A stretch of 64,000 bases of DNA from Chloroflexia bacterium (GCA_034437815.1 DAOTTC010000088.1:9371-73370), one strand, 5' to 3'; numbered from the stretch's first letter, positions 29,820 to 40,429 are shown. Notes: generated by a model from the letters alone, not told the origin. Numbers and translations are program-made.

Positions 29820-29960
29820 CCGAAATCGTGGGTTGATGGGGCGCATTACAGGGCCAACACCAGAACCGTTGGGCTGTGCTCGCTTTCGTGCTCTCCCGCG
29901 CCTTGTGGTATACTCTATAAAATGAGTGTGAATAGACGCACCTGAGCATTTGGTCCGGCA

Positions 29961-30500
29961 ATGTGGGATGAAGAGCTAATCGAGCTTGCGGAGCGAGCGG
30001 GTGGGCTGTTGCGAGATGCAGGGCTAACGGTTGCCGTGGCCGAGTCCTGCACGGGCGGCCTGCTTGGGGGCGTCCTCACGGCGGTGCCCGGCTCCTCTGC
30101 GTACTTCCTCGGCGGCGTGGTCGCCTATCACGATTCCCTCAAGACCGGCCTGTTGGGCGTTCGAGCCGACGTGCTGGCGCAACACGGTGCGGTCAGCGCA
30201 CAGTGTGCAGTGCAGATGGCGCAGGGCGTATGTCGTGCCACGGGAGCCGACATCGGCATAGCTATCACGGGGATAGCAGGCCCCACCGGTGGCACCCCGG
30301 AAAAACCCGTCGGCACCACCTATATCGCCTTGGTTGGGCAGGATATGCTTCAGGTGGAACGCTTCCTGTGGCAGGGCGGGCGCGAGTCCAACCGCACCAG
30401 CTCTGTCAGAGCCGCCCTGAAAATGCTCTTGGCTGTCCGAAAACCACGGAGACACAGAGAGCACGAAGGACACAGGGTAATGTATGGGTTCGAAGTTTAA
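29961..30500 (+). CDS. cinA: CinA C-terminal domain protein (NMN deamidase PncC family)
   Basis: TVAVAESCTGG, VPGSSAYF, HGAVS, ITGIAGPTGGTPEKPVG. Confidence 0.92.
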   Translation: MWDEELIELAERAGGLLRDAGLTVAVAESCTGGLLGGVLTAVPGSSAYFLGGVVAYHDSLKTGLLGVRADVLAQHGAVSAQCAVQMAQGVCRATGADIGIAITGIAGPTGGTPEKPVGTTYIALVGQDMLQVERFLWQGGRESNRTSSVRAALKMLLAVRKPRRHREHEGHRVMYGFEV

Positions 30501-30518
30501 CCACCAAGACGCAAGGAC
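30444..30518. repeat. CACAGAG/CACCAAG-type short repeats
   Basis: CCACGGAGACACAGAGAGCACGAAGGACACAGG and CCACCAAGACGCAAGGAC; related to the tracts at 31993-32060 and 42464. Confidence 0.55.
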
Positions 30519-30633
30519 TGGGGAAAGAAAAGACAGTGCAGCAGTCTGCCCGGATGCAGATTGCTATGGCATCAACTGACGACCGACGGCTACACCGGCA
30601 TATAACATTAGACGTGAGGAACGACCCCAACAT

Positions 30634-31980
30634 ATGATCGCAACTAAATCGGAGTCTTGGTCGGCGTTATCTGAAGAGTACGAGCAGACGATACTCGCCA
30701 ACGGCCTGTGCGTTATCACTACCTGCATGCCGCACACCCGCTCGGCGGCGGTACAATTCTACATCAAAGTGGGGGCACGCCATGAGCCTGAGGCGCTCAG
30801 TGGCATCAGTCATTTTGTGGAGCACATGGTGTTCAAAGGCACACAGCGGCGGCCCAACCCAGTGGAGATATCCGAAGCCATAGAAGGGGTGGGCGGCTCG
30901 CTTGATGCCTGCACTGACCACGAGCACACCCAATACCGAGCGCTGGTGCCTGCAACTTACTTGCACACCGCACTGGACGTGATCACCGACATGCTACGCA
31001 GCCCCACTTTTGCGCCTGAAGACGTTGAGAAAGAGCGCGCGGTTATCCTCGAAGAGATCGGCTCCACTTACGACTCGCCAGCCGACATAGCTGAGCTGAC
31101 GTTCGATAGCATGTTATGGGGCAACCACCCTCTCGGCAGGGACGTTGCGGGCACGACACGCAGCGTGCGACGCATCCGACGCACCGATTTATTCGAGCAT
31201 ATGGCGCGTCACTATCGGCCGGCCAACATGGTCATCAGCGTGGCGGGCAACGTGACCCATTCCGAAGTGGTTGAGCAGGTTCAACACCTATGGGGAGATG
31301 TGGACGGTGGACCTGACGGTATGGCTCGCACGCAAGCAAAAGCGAAGGCGGAAGGGCCTTACATCGTACCGCCCGACCCTCCCACTCGCGGCCCACACGT
31401 GCGCATATACCGCAAGCGCACAGAGCAGGTGAACCTCATCGTGGGCGTGCCTGCCCTGCCCTATACACACCATGAGCGTTATACGCAGGACGTATTGGAC
31501 GTCATCCTCGGCGGTGGCATGTCCTCTAGGCTCTTTGTACGCCTGCGAGAAGAACTGGCGCTCGCATATCACGTGGGAAGCTTCGTGCGCACCTATGCCG
31601 ACGTAGGTGCTTTAGGTGTGCACGCGGCTGTGGATAACGATGCCTTGCCGGTGGCTCTGGACGCTATAATGGGCGAACTGAGACGGATCAAAGAGGAAGG
31701 GGTGCAGGAAGTCGAGCTTCGCAAGGTCAAGCAATATATCATAGGCCACACATTGCTGGGCCTTGAGCGCAGCAGCCACGTGGCCCACTGGACGGGCTGG
31801 CAGAGGCTCATGCTGGGACGCGTGTATTCAGTGGACGAGGCGCTGCAAGCCATAGAGGCCGTGACGACGGATCAGGTGCATTCGCTTGCGGCTCGGCTGT
31901 TCACCGCCGACAAATTGTGTCTGGCGGTGGTGGGGCCGACCCGCGATCATGCCGAACTGATGGAGCATCTGGTTATCTGA
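30634..31980 (+). CDS. M16 family (pitrilysin-like) zinc peptidase
   Basis: GISHFVEHMVFKGT (HXXEH), GGGMSSRLFVRLRE. Confidence 0.94.
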   Translation: MIATKSESWSALSEEYEQTILANGLCVITTCMPHTRSAAVQFYIKVGARHEPEALSGISHFVEHMVFKGTQRRPNPVEISEAIEGVGGSLDACTDHEHTQYRALVPATYLHTALDVITDMLRSPTFAPEDVEKERAVILEEIGSTYDSPADIAELTFDSMLWGNHPLGRDVAGTTRSVRRIRRTDLFEHMARHYRPANMVISVAGNVTHSEVVEQVQHLWGDVDGGPDGMARTQAKAKAEGPYIVPPDPPTRGPHVRIYRKRTEQVNLIVGVPALPYTHHERYTQDVLDVILGGGMSSRLFVRLREELALAYHVGSFVRTYADVGALGVHAAVDNDALPVALDAIMGELRRIKEEGVQEVELRKVKQYIIGHTLLGLERSSHVAHWTGWQRLMLGRVYSVDEALQAIEAVTTDQVHSLAARLFTADKLCLAVVGPTRDHAELMEHLVI

Positions 31981-31992
31981 AGTTTGGCGAAC

Positions 31993-32104
31993 TACAGAGG
32001 CACAGAGAGCACAGAGCACACAGAGTAATCGCATGAATTAACCCACCAAAAGCACCAAGTACACCGCTAGAATTGGTAAAGCACTAACGACTGACCACTG
32101 ACGA
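31993..32104. repeat. cluster of short tandem repeats (CACAGAG, CACCAAG, ACTGACC/G)
   Basis: ACAGAGGCACAGAGAGCACAGAGCACACAGAG; CCACCAAAAGCACCAAG; ACGACTGACCACTGACGAC. Confidence 0.65.
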
Positions 32105-32139
32105 CGCGGTGCCGGAAAGCCACCGCGCAACGTGCCGAC

Positions 32140-33891
32140 ATGATAAGCTGCTTTATATCCGACCCTGATGAATTGAAAGCCCTGCTGGCGGTGGCGCGTG
32201 GGGAAGCGCCTGCCGAGCTGGTGTTGCGCGGTGGCCGGCTGGTGAACGTGCTGTCGGGCGAGGTCTATCCAGCAGAGGTGGCCCTGTTTCGGGGGCGGAT
32301 CGCCGGGGTGTCGGAGGTTGCAGGCGTCTATCAGGCCGACCAAGTGATCGAGCTGCATGGGGAATACTTGGCGCCGGGCTTCATAGATGCCCACGTGCAT
32401 ATCGAGAGCAGCCTGATGCTGCCTGCCGAGTTCGCCAACGCGGTGCTGCCGCACGGCACCACGGCCGTGGTGAGCGACCCGCACGAAATAGCCAACGTGC
32501 ACGGCCTCGATGGTATACGGTTCATGCTCGCGGCCAGCGAGGGATTGCCTCTGCGTGTGTTTGTGATGCTGTCGTCCTGCGTGCCGGCCACCAATATGGA
32601 GACCTCCGGTGCGCTGCTTAAAGCACAGGACCTCGCCGACCTGCTCGGTGAGGAGCGGGTGCTGGGCATCGCTGAGATGATGAACTACCCCGGTGTGGTG
32701 ACCGGCGACGAAGATATGATGCGGAAAGCGGCGCTCGGCCACGAAGCGCGATTGCGGGTGGATGGGCACGCGCCGCTTGTACGCGGGCGCACTTTGCAAG
32801 CATACATCGCTGCCGGTGTAGCCTCAGACCACGAGAGCGTGTCCGCACCCGAAGCGTTGGACAAGTTGCGCTCCGGTATGCAAGTGCTGATACGCGAAGG
32901 CTCCACCGCTCGCAACCTCAAAGCCCTACTGCCCGTGGTCAACGAACGCACGGCTCGCTTCTGCTCGTGGGCTACCGACGACAAGCAGCCAGACGACCTG
33001 CAAACGCAGGGCCATATAGATCACAGCGTGCGAATGGCCGTGGCTAGTGGGTTGGACCCGATGTTGGCCCTACAGATGGCTACCATAAACACTGCCCGCC
33101 ACTATGGCCTGCACGACCTCGGCGCGGTGGCTCCCGGCTACCGGGCCGATCTAGTGACGTTCGAGGACCTGCGCGATGTAAGGATCACGCGCACTTTCGC
33201 GGGTGGCAGATTGGTGGCTCAGCATGGCGAGATGGTCGTGCCTGCCCGCAATCACGTCTCTCCACCGCGCTCGGCTATGCATGTGGCCGTGTTGGACGAG
33301 GGCTCGTTCCGGATTCGGGCTGAGGGCGGGCGAGCGCGGGCCATCAGGGTGCTGGCCGAGCAGATAGTGACCGGCTCAGAAGTGGTGGATGTGCGTGTGC
33401 AAGATGGTCAGGTGCTGGCCGATCCAGACAACGACCTGTTGAAGATGGCGGTCGTCGAACGGCACCGGGGCACGGGCAACATCGGCGTGGGTCTGGTAAG
33501 AGGGTTTGGCTTGCGCACAGGCGCGCTGGCTTCCAGCATAGCCCACGACTCGCACAACATCGTGGTGGTCGGAGCTTCAGACTACGATATGCTCGTGGCC
33601 ACCCGCACTGTGGTAGATATGGGTGGTGGCATATGTGCCGCGAGCGGCGGTCATGTGCTGGCGCGCCTCCCACTGCGGGTGGGGGGTTTGATGTCCGACC
33701 GGCCTGTGCACGAGGTACGCGAAACCATGAGGCAACTGCTGGAAGCGGCCTTCGGTCTGGGCTGCACGTTGGCCAACCCTTATATGCAGATGGCTTTTCT
33801 GGCCCTGCCGGTCATACCGGAGCTCAAACTCACGGATAAGGGACTGGTGGACGTCACAAGGTTCTCGCTGTGCCCGCTGTTTGTGGATTGA
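32140..33891 (+). CDS. ade: adenine deaminase
   Basis: PGFIDAHVHIESS, HGTTAVVSDPHEIANV, SDHE, LIREGS, TDDK, SSIAHDSHN. Confidence 0.96.
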   Translation: MISCFISDPDELKALLAVARGEAPAELVLRGGRLVNVLSGEVYPAEVALFRGRIAGVSEVAGVYQADQVIELHGEYLAPGFIDAHVHIESSLMLPAEFANAVLPHGTTAVVSDPHEIANVHGLDGIRFMLAASEGLPLRVFVMLSSCVPATNMETSGALLKAQDLADLLGEERVLGIAEMMNYPGVVTGDEDMMRKAALGHEARLRVDGHAPLVRGRTLQAYIAAGVASDHESVSAPEALDKLRSGMQVLIREGSTARNLKALLPVVNERTARFCSWATDDKQPDDLQTQGHIDHSVRMAVASGLDPMLALQMATINTARHYGLHDLGAVAPGYRADLVTFEDLRDVRITRTFAGGRLVAQHGEMVVPARNHVSPPRSAMHVAVLDEGSFRIRAEGGRARAIRVLAEQIVTGSEVVDVRVQDGQVLADPDNDLLKMAVVERHRGTGNIGVGLVRGFGLRTGALASSIAHDSHNIVVVGASDYDMLVATRTVVDMGGGICAASGGHVLARLPLRVGGLMSDRPVHEVRETMRQLLEAAFGLGCTLANPYMQMAFLALPVIPELKLTDKGLVDVTRFSLCPLFVD

Positions 33892-33946
33892 CCGCGCGGG
33901 TGGGGCCGGAAGGCAGAAGGGTAGAAGGGTAGGTAGGAAAAATACA

Positions 33947-35827
33947 ATGGCTACGGAAACCATGGGTACCATGCGCCCGACTCCGATAAATGTGCTTCCG
34001 CCGGAGGTGGCGGCCAAAATCGCCGCGGGCGAAGTCATCGAGCGCCCGGCCTCGGTGGTGCGCGAACTGTTGGACAACGCCATTGATGCGGGTGCGCGCC
34101 ACATCCGCGTGGAGATCAGGGGTGGTGGCCGAGAGATGGTGCGCGTAGTGGACGACGGTTGCGGCGTATCGCGTGAGGACATGCCGCGTGCCTTTCTGCG
34201 TCATGCCACCAGCAAGATACGCACGGTAGACGACCTGTGGGCGGTGCGCACCCTCGGTTTCAGGGGCGAGGCCCTCTACTCCATAGCCGCCGTCGGCAAG
34301 GTGCACTTTCTCAGCCGCCCGGCCAACAGTCATGCGGGTTACGAAGTATCGGTGGAAGGCGGGCGCATAGTGTCGGCCGGGCCGAGGGGCGCACCGTATG
34401 GCACGGTGGTCACGGTACGCGACCTATTCTACAACCTGCCCGCCCGCCTGAAGTTCCTCAAGAGCCGTCAGGCCGAGGCGGCCCATATCACGGCGCTGGT
34501 GCAACAGTACGCTATGGCCCACCCTGCCATCCGGTTCTCCCTGACGAGCGAAGGGCGGCTCACATTCCAGTCGCCCGGCGATGGCGACCTGCGCACCGCA
34601 GCCGCCTGCGTGTATGGCTCTGAAGTTGCCGCCTCGCTCCTGCCCGTGGGCATGGAGCCAAACGGCGAGCCGGAAGGGGCAGACCATGGCGAAGAGCCTC
34701 TCACGGGCACCGAGCTCGACGTGTACGGATACGTGTCGCCGCCGGCCATTTCGCGCGCTAGCAGGCAGGCCATGCACTTCTACGTGAATCGGCGGGCCGT
34801 GCAAAGCCGCATGTTGTGCATTGCCGTGGAAGAAGCATACCATTCCCTGCTCATGGTGGGCAGGCACCCCATATCCATCATCCATGTGACCATTGACCCC
34901 GGCCTGCTGGATGTGAACGTGCACCCGGCTAAGCTGGAGGTGAAGTTCCGCGATGAGCGTGCCGTGTTCAGCGCCGTACAGAGAGCCGTGAGGTCTGCGC
35001 TGGCCGCACATGTGCCACCACCCATTTATGGCACCCGCGGCGCTCAAGGTTGGCAGTTGCCCTCAGGTCCAGCCGGTCTGGAAGTCGAATTCAGCCCTTG
35101 GCCACAGCGCTCCTTCGTGGAAGGCGCACAGTCGGATATGTGGTCCGGTTCGGGTTCAAGGGAGTTCGGCGCGGCCGGCCCCACCCCACCCGGCGCGGAG
35201 ACCATGGACGTGCCGCCCTCGCCGCTGCCGCCACCACCGGCGCGCAACCTGCCGCCTCTGCGCGTGGTCGGTCAGGTGGGCGGCACATACATCATCGCCG
35301 AAGGGCCGGATGGGCTCTTCCTTATAGACCAGCACGCAGCTCACGAGCGCATCCTGTACGAGCAGTTGCAGACGGCCATCGGCACGGGCGGAATATCCGT
35401 GCAGCCGCTGTTACAACCCCTGCCGTTGGAGCTCACCGCCCGGCAGCGCGCGCAGGTCGAGCCGGTGCTGGTCGCCATGGCGGAACTGGGCTTCGAGTTC
35501 GAGCCTTTTGGGGAGAGCGCCCTGCTGGTCCGGGCGGTGCCCGCCATATATGCAGGCTCAAAGCGCGATCTGGGTCAGGATTTGCTCCAACTGCTCGATG
35601 AAGTGATCCACGGCAGCTCGCCTGAGCGCTGGCGCGACAACCTGCTCGTCACCCTAGCCTGTCATAGCGCCATCCGTGCCGGTCAGACCCTCTCCCTCGA
35701 TGAGATGCGCGCCATGCTCAGCCAGCTGGAGCTTTGCAAATATCCGAGGGCATGCGCACACGGCAGGCCTACTATGTTGCATCTCACGCAGGGACAACTG
35801 GAGCGGGAGTTTGGCCGCCGCGTGTAG
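33947..35827 (+). CDS. mutL: DNA mismatch repair endonuclease MutL
   Basis: KIAAGEVIERPASVVRELLDNAIDAG, TLGFRGEALYSI, DVNVHPAKLEV, DQHAAHERILYE endonuclease motif, ACH and CAHGRP. Confidence 0.97.
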   Translation: MATETMGTMRPTPINVLPPEVAAKIAAGEVIERPASVVRELLDNAIDAGARHIRVEIRGGGREMVRVVDDGCGVSREDMPRAFLRHATSKIRTVDDLWAVRTLGFRGEALYSIAAVGKVHFLSRPANSHAGYEVSVEGGRIVSAGPRGAPYGTVVTVRDLFYNLPARLKFLKSRQAEAAHITALVQQYAMAHPAIRFSLTSEGRLTFQSPGDGDLRTAAACVYGSEVAASLLPVGMEPNGEPEGADHGEEPLTGTELDVYGYVSPPAISRASRQAMHFYVNRRAVQSRMLCIAVEEAYHSLLMVGRHPISIIHVTIDPGLLDVNVHPAKLEVKFRDERAVFSAVQRAVRSALAAHVPPPIYGTRGAQGWQLPSGPAGLEVEFSPWPQRSFVEGAQSDMWSGSGSREFGAAGPTPPGAETMDVPPSPLPPPPARNLPPLRVVGQVGGTYIIAEGPDGLFLIDQHAAHERILYEQLQTAIGTGGISVQPLLQPLPLELTARQRAQVEPVLVAMAELGFEFEPFGESALLVRAVPAIYAGSKRDLGQDLLQLLDEVIHGSSPERWRDNLLVTLACHSAIRAGQTLSLDEMRAMLSQLELCKYPRACAHGRPTMLHLTQGQLEREFGRRV

Positions 35828-35855
35828 GCCTCCCCGGGCCATGTCACCGCAGTGT

Positions 35856-36689
35856 CTATGGCGTTGTGGGTGGCGGTTGTTCGAGTTGCACTCCTACCCC
35901 GCTGATCAATCCGGTGTAGGATAGCAGGGCAAAGATGGCCGCTGATACCACGAGCACGCCCAGCAGGAAGGCCCAGTCGCTGCGTGTGACCGCCAGCCGC
36001 TTATGATAGGTGCGTTGTGGATATGCGCCGAATGCTCTGCTGTCCATGGCCACAGCCATGCGCTCCGAGCGGCGGATGGCTCCTGCCAGCAGTGGTATGA
36101 CCTCCCTCCTGAGGTTTTGCAGGCCTGCTAGCATTCCGCCCCTCGCCCGCGCCCCGCGCACCTCCCCAGCGGCGCGAATGTTGTCGTATTCGGCAGCCAG
36201 TATAGGCACGAAGCGGTAAGCCGCCAAGATGGCATAGGCCAGCTTATAGTTGAGCCTTGCCTGCTGAGTGAGGCTGAGCACCAAATCGCCGGGCTTGGTG
36301 GTGGCGACGAGCATCAGCGACGTGGATATCAGAAACAGCACGCGCAGACCAATGGACAGGCCCAGCTGCAGACCCTCCCAGCTGATGGTGAGCGGCCCGA
36401 TGGTCAAGATGGGAGTTACCGGGCCGATGTCCCTGTGGAACAGGGTGTTGATGACCACGAAGGACAGCGCGAAGTAGATGAAGGGTGCCATACTGCGGGC
36501 AACATATCCCATAGAGATACGACCCAACACCACAGTAACAAACAACGAAACCAACAGGAAAACCAGCGGCGTGACCACATCCAGTACGAACGTGATAGCC
36601 ACGGTTACTGCTATGATGGCGACCAACTTTACCGTGGGGTTCAGCCGGTGGAGGAAGCTATCGCCTTGTTGATATGTAAATGCGCGCAT
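35856..36689 (-). CDS. ykoC: ECF transporter T component (YkoC-like)
   Basis: LHRLNPTVKL, YRFVPILAAE, AMDSRAFG. Confidence 0.88.
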   Translation of the reverse strand: MRAFTYQQGDSFLHRLNPTVKLVAIIAVTVAITFVLDVVTPLVFLLVSLFVTVVLGRISMGYVARSMAPFIYFALSFVVINTLFHRDIGPVTPILTIGPLTISWEGLQLGLSIGLRVLFLISTSLMLVATTKPGDLVLSLTQQARLNYKLAYAILAAYRFVPILAAEYDNIRAAGEVRGARARGGMLAGLQNLRREVIPLLAGAIRRSERMAVAMDSRAFGAYPQRTYHKRLAVTRSDWAFLLGVLVVSAAIFALLSYTGLISGVGVQLEQPPPTTP

Positions 36690-38494
36690 AGCTCATTGCA
36701 AAATTGGCTAATTGATGTTGCCAACGCCAGATTGGAATGGTACGCCCGCAGCGCCTCGGACACAGAGAACACGGGAGGTACATCGAGACGCGCCTCACCC
36801 ACCAGTCGGCGGTCGGAGAACAGCTCAACCACCGACCCCTGAAACACCACCCGTCCATCAACCATCACACCCACAGCGCGAGCATGCTCGGCCACCAACT
36901 TCATGTCATGGGTGATAACTATTATGGTCACACCGCCCTCGTTCAGGCGCTTCAGATGCCTGAGTATCACTTCGGTGTTCTCACGGTCCTGCCCAAAGGT
37001 CGGCTCGTCCAGCACGAGTATCTCCGGTTGCAGCGCCAGCATCGTAGCCACACTCAATCTGCGCTTCTGACCCTGACTGAGGTTGAATGGATTGGCATGG
37101 CTGTGCTCTTGCAGGCCGAACTCTTCCAGCAAAGGCTCAACTCTGTCACGCACCACATCCTCCGGCAGGCCACGCGCCCTGAGGGAAAAGGCCAGCTCGT
37201 CGTATACAGCGAGCGTTACGAACTGGTACTCCGGGTTCTGGAACACATAGCCGATATGGCGGCTAAGCTCGGATGGCGACTGCCCGGCGACATCGCGCCC
37301 CAGCACGCGCACCGTGCCAGATTGAGGGCGCGCCAGTCCGATGAGATGGCGTGCCAAGGTAGTCTTACCGGAACCATTAGGCCCTACTAGAGCGTAGAAG
37401 TCCCCCCTGCCAACCTGCATGGAAGCCCCATGGAGCGCAGGAGTGCCATCAGGATATGTGTAGTGCACTTGTTCCACCTGCACCACAAGCTCGGTGCGTC
37501 GAGCCTGAGCGGGCAACCCCTCCCCGGCCTGTGTCACCATGGTTGTCACGGTCTCGCCCCCGCTCTGGCGGCCATCCAGCGACGTTCCGCCAGCACGGGG
37601 AGGGCTCTGTGAATCGAGAAGCCTGCCCACCGCCTGCACCATCTCCAACTCAGTCAGCGGCAATGGGTCGAGCACCACACCGCATCTCCTCAAGTTAGCG
37701 GCAAGCTCGGTGACCTGAGGCAACCACACCCCCAACCGGTCCAACTCATCGTAGTGTCGGTCGAGTATCTCGCGAGCAGGCCCACTCAACACAATGGTGC
37801 CATCTCGGCCAAGCACCTCAATAGTGTCTACCTGCGTGATGAGTTCATCGAGCTTGTGCTCGATTATCAGGATGGTAAAGCCCTCCTGCTTGAGGCGCGC
37901 CAGCAGGGCGAAGAACTCGGAGGTGCCCGCAGGGTCGAGGTTGGCAGTGGGTTCGTCCAACACCAACACAGACGCACCCATAGCAAGGGTAGCGGCCAGC
38001 ACCAGCCGTTGCTTCTGACCTCCACTCAGCGCATCGGTGCCTCTATCTTCCATGCCCTGAAGGCCCACGCGGCGCAGGGCCTCGTGGATGCGCACGGGCA
38101 TCTGCTCGGGAGGGACGCACAGGTTCTCCATGCCGAACGCCACCTCCTCCTCAACGGTAAGGGTGGCTATCTGTGCGTCGGGGTCTTGAAACACCAGACC
38201 CACCTGAGTGGTGAGCCATGGCACCGATGTCTCGGTGGTGGAGCGCCCGTTGACCAGCACCTCACCACGGATTTCCCCGTCCATATGGTGCGGGATCAGC
38301 CCATTGAGGGTGAGGGCAAGCGAGCTTTTGCCCGCACCACTGGGACCGAGCAACAGCTTGACCTCGCCACGCCTCAATTGCAGATTGACACCCCGAAGCA
38401 CCACACGCCCGGTCTCCGGGTAGCGCAGACGTAGGTCCCGGACAAGCACGGGGTGTGTTGGGGGTTGGGGTTGCGTCTGAGGCATCGCGCTCAA
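36641..38494 (-). CDS. ykoD: ECF transporter duplicated ATPase (YkoD-like)
   Basis: Two ABC domains: GPSGAGKS/LSGGQKQR/LDEPT and GPNGSGKT/LSQGQKRR/LDEPTFGQD. Confidence 0.92.
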   Translation of the reverse strand: MSAMPQTQPQPPTHPVLVRDLRLRYPETGRVVLRGVNLQLRRGEVKLLLGPSGAGKSSLALTLNGLIPHHMDGEIRGEVLVNGRSTTETSVPWLTTQVGLVFQDPDAQIATLTVEEEVAFGMENLCVPPEQMPVRIHEALRRVGLQGMEDRGTDALSGGQKQRLVLAATLAMGASVLVLDEPTANLDPAGTSEFFALLARLKQEGFTILIIEHKLDELITQVDTIEVLGRDGTIVLSGPAREILDRHYDELDRLGVWLPQVTELAANLRRCGVVLDPLPLTELEMVQAVGRLLDSQSPPRAGGTSLDGRQSGGETVTTMVTQAGEGLPAQARRTELVVQVEQVHYTYPDGTPALHGASMQVGRGDFYALVGPNGSGKTTLARHLIGLARPQSGTVRVLGRDVAGQSPSELSRHIGYVFQNPEYQFVTLAVYDELAFSLRARGLPEDVVRDRVEPLLEEFGLQEHSHANPFNLSQGQKRRLSVATMLALQPEILVLDEPTFGQDRENTEVILRHLKRLNEGGVTIIVITHDMKLVAEHARAVGVMVDGRVVFQGSVVELFSDRRLVGEARLDVPPVFSVSEALRAYHSNLALATSISQFCNELCAHLHINKAIASSTG

Positions 38495-38593
38495 TTGCTT
38501 TTAGTGTCACATGGTGCAGTGGGGGAGCGTGGGTAGGCAGGGACAAACTCTGCCTGCCTATGCCCACACTCCACAATGAACCCGTCCAGCGCC

Positions 38594-39448
38594 CTAAAAC
38601 TCCGCAGATTGCTCCGCGGCCCGGCGCTCGCGCCCGATAGCGAAGCGGTCCAATACACCTGTAGGTAGCAGGGCATCGGCCAGCAGTTTACTGCCTACCA
38701 CCGCGAACACCAGCACGCTGACGGTCCCGGCCACGAAGTTCACGGCCAGAGCGAAAGGCGCCAACTGGCTGTTCCAGATGGGGTAAACGTACACAAAGCC
38801 GGTAATGGCCGCACCCAGCCCTGCGAGTATGAGCGTGAGCCAGTCGTAGCGCTTCCAGCCGGTGAGGGCGAACACCACTTCCGCACCGAGGCCTTGAGTC
38901 AGCCCGGCTATGGCGGAACCCAGTATGCCCCACGGACTGCCCAAGAGCACGGCGATCACCCCGGCCAACGTCTCACCCACCAGCGCCGCCCCCGGCTTGC
39001 GGATGATGTAGGGCACAAGGATGGCCGGGATGAACCAGAAGCCGTTGACCAACGCCGACCAGTCACCGGGTATGCTCCGAAGCGCAGGTGCCACAGCGTT
39101 GTAAACGAGGGCCCACAACACGAACAGCCCACCGAACACCGCCCCCAACACCGCGCTGAGCATCAGGTCGGCTGTGGTCCACCCCACCAGTATAGTCTTA
39201 GTCCACTTGACCGCCGCGATCACTATGCCGAACACCACCAGCCAGAACACTGCTGAGGCGATGCCGAGTGCGAGGTTGTTAGTCTGGTCTTCGGCGGGTA
39301 ACGTCCTATCCAGCCACCAGTAGAAGGGGATCCAGAGTATGAAGAACGCCAGCAGGGCCACCCCGATCACCACCACTGCCGGTGTGCGATAAACGGCCTC
39401 TTCAGTGCGCCTTATCGGGCCGCGCTCAGGTTGTACTGTTGCACCCAT
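38594..39448 (-). CDS. ykoE: ECF S component of thiamine/HMP transporter (YkoE family), N-terminally extended
   Basis: IIRKPGAALVGETLAG, GSPWG, QGLGAEVVF; operon under a TPP riboswitch. Confidence 0.85.
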   Translation of the reverse strand: MGATVQPERGPIRRTEEAVYRTPAVVVIGVALLAFFILWIPFYWWLDRTLPAEDQTNNLALGIASAVFWLVVFGIVIAAVKWTKTILVGWTTADLMLSAVLGAVFGGLFVLWALVYNAVAPALRSIPGDWSALVNGFWFIPAILVPYIIRKPGAALVGETLAGVIAVLLGSPWGILGSAIAGLTQGLGAEVVFALTGWKRYDWLTLILAGLGAAITGFVYVYPIWNSQLAPFALAVNFVAGTVSVLVFAVVGSKLLADALLPTGVLDRFAIGRERRAAEQSAEF

Positions 39449-39463
39449 GATTTTCCTCCTTGT

Positions 39464-40180
39464 CTATACAGTTTGTAGATGCAGCACCACCACCAGTAAC
39501 CGTCCCGAATCGAACTTCACCTGTGCCAGAGGGCCGAGCAACCGGTTACTCACACCCCGGCCCCTACCGGGATAGAGGCTCTCGTTTCGCAGTGGATATT
39601 CGAGGTCGCGGGTCACGACGCCAGTGACCTCGTGTCCGACGGGTAGCAGGGTGAGGGTGTCGCCCGCGTGCCCAACGATCTTGTTCCATACGCCGGGCTT
39701 GGCCAAGAACACCTCCTGTCCGCCGTCCACCAGCCTCACATCGAACGGGGCTACCTCAGGGTGGGTGAGCAACAGCACGTTGGCAAGCGTATGGTCCAAC
39801 CGCCCCCCGATCGCGCCCAGCACATAGACAACATCGGGTAGCCATTCAAGTGCGGCCAACACCGCCAGCTCGGTGTCGGTCTCTAGCTTGGTGGTGTGCT
39901 CGAAGCGGCGGAAGGGCACCCCACGAGCCTCCAGTTCGGCGCTCATCGCCGGGGGCATGCTGTCGAGGTCCCCCACCACCAAATCGGGCACCAGCCCCAG
40001 TTGCGCCGCCAGCATGGTCCCACCGTCTGCGACCACCACGCGCTCCGGTCTGGGCAGCCAGCTTGTGGACGCCCGTATATCGTTTGTGGGACCTGCTGCC
40101 AGCACCCACACACACCGAGGCCCACCCGACTTACCACCGTTCTCGCGGCTCACCTCCAAGTTCCCGGCATCCTCTGTCAA
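39464..40180 (-). CDS. thiN: thiamine diphosphokinase
   Basis: VVVADGG, VVGDLDS, KLETDTELA, GAIGGRLDHTLAN, GRGVSN. Start is uncertain but must lie downstream of the terminator at 40214. Confidence 0.9.
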   Translation of the reverse strand: MTEDAGNLEVSRENGGKSGGPRCVWVLAAGPTNDIRASTSWLPRPERVVVADGGTMLAAQLGLVPDLVVGDLDSMPPAMSAELEARGVPFRRFEHTTKLETDTELAVLAALEWLPDVVYVLGAIGGRLDHTLANVLLLTHPEVAPFDVRLVDGGQEVFLAKPGVWNKIVGHAGDTLTLLPVGHEVTGVVTRDLEYPLRNESLYPGRGRGVSNRLLGPLAQVKFDSGRLLVVVLHLQTV

Positions 40181-40213
40181 ACTCGTACCCCCGCATAGAC
40201 AAAAAGCTAACAT

Positions 40214-40253
40214 AAAAGGAAAGGCCGCAAACCCCAGCTCGGAGAATGCGGCC
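40214..40253 (-). terminator. riboswitch expression-platform intrinsic terminator
   Basis: GGCCGCA-N17-TGCGGCC followed by TTTCCTTTT on the minus strand. Confidence 0.7.
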
Positions 40254-40285
40254 CGCAAGTGCATAACGTGAGATGTTGTGATGCA

Positions 40286-40384
40286 GGTGGCTTCCCTACG
40301 CTGGCATTACCCAGTATCAGGTTTGAAGGGTCCGCGACGAACGGCCGCGTTCTCAGCCCGGCTTCCCCGAGCTCCCCTAGCACC
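40286..40384 (-). promoter_or_regulatory. TPP riboswitch
   Basis: Minus strand reads GGGGAGC...GGCTGAGA...ACCCTTCAAACCTGATACTGGGTAATGCCAGCGTAGGGAAG, matching the THI-box consensus. Confidence 0.95.
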
Positions 40385-40429
40385 AGATGAATATTCGATT
40401 ATTAACGGGAAAGGCGCCTTTCGATTTCT

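Noticed and set aside
32105-32127. Hairpin CGCGGTG..CACCGCG upstream of adenine deaminase as a purine or ZTP riboswitch
   Set aside because: It lacks the conserved aptamer sequences, and the region upstream is made of short tandem repeats.
40181-40264. Upstream ATG extension of thiN given by the ORF track
   Set aside because: It overlaps the riboswitch terminator, so the real start must be downstream.
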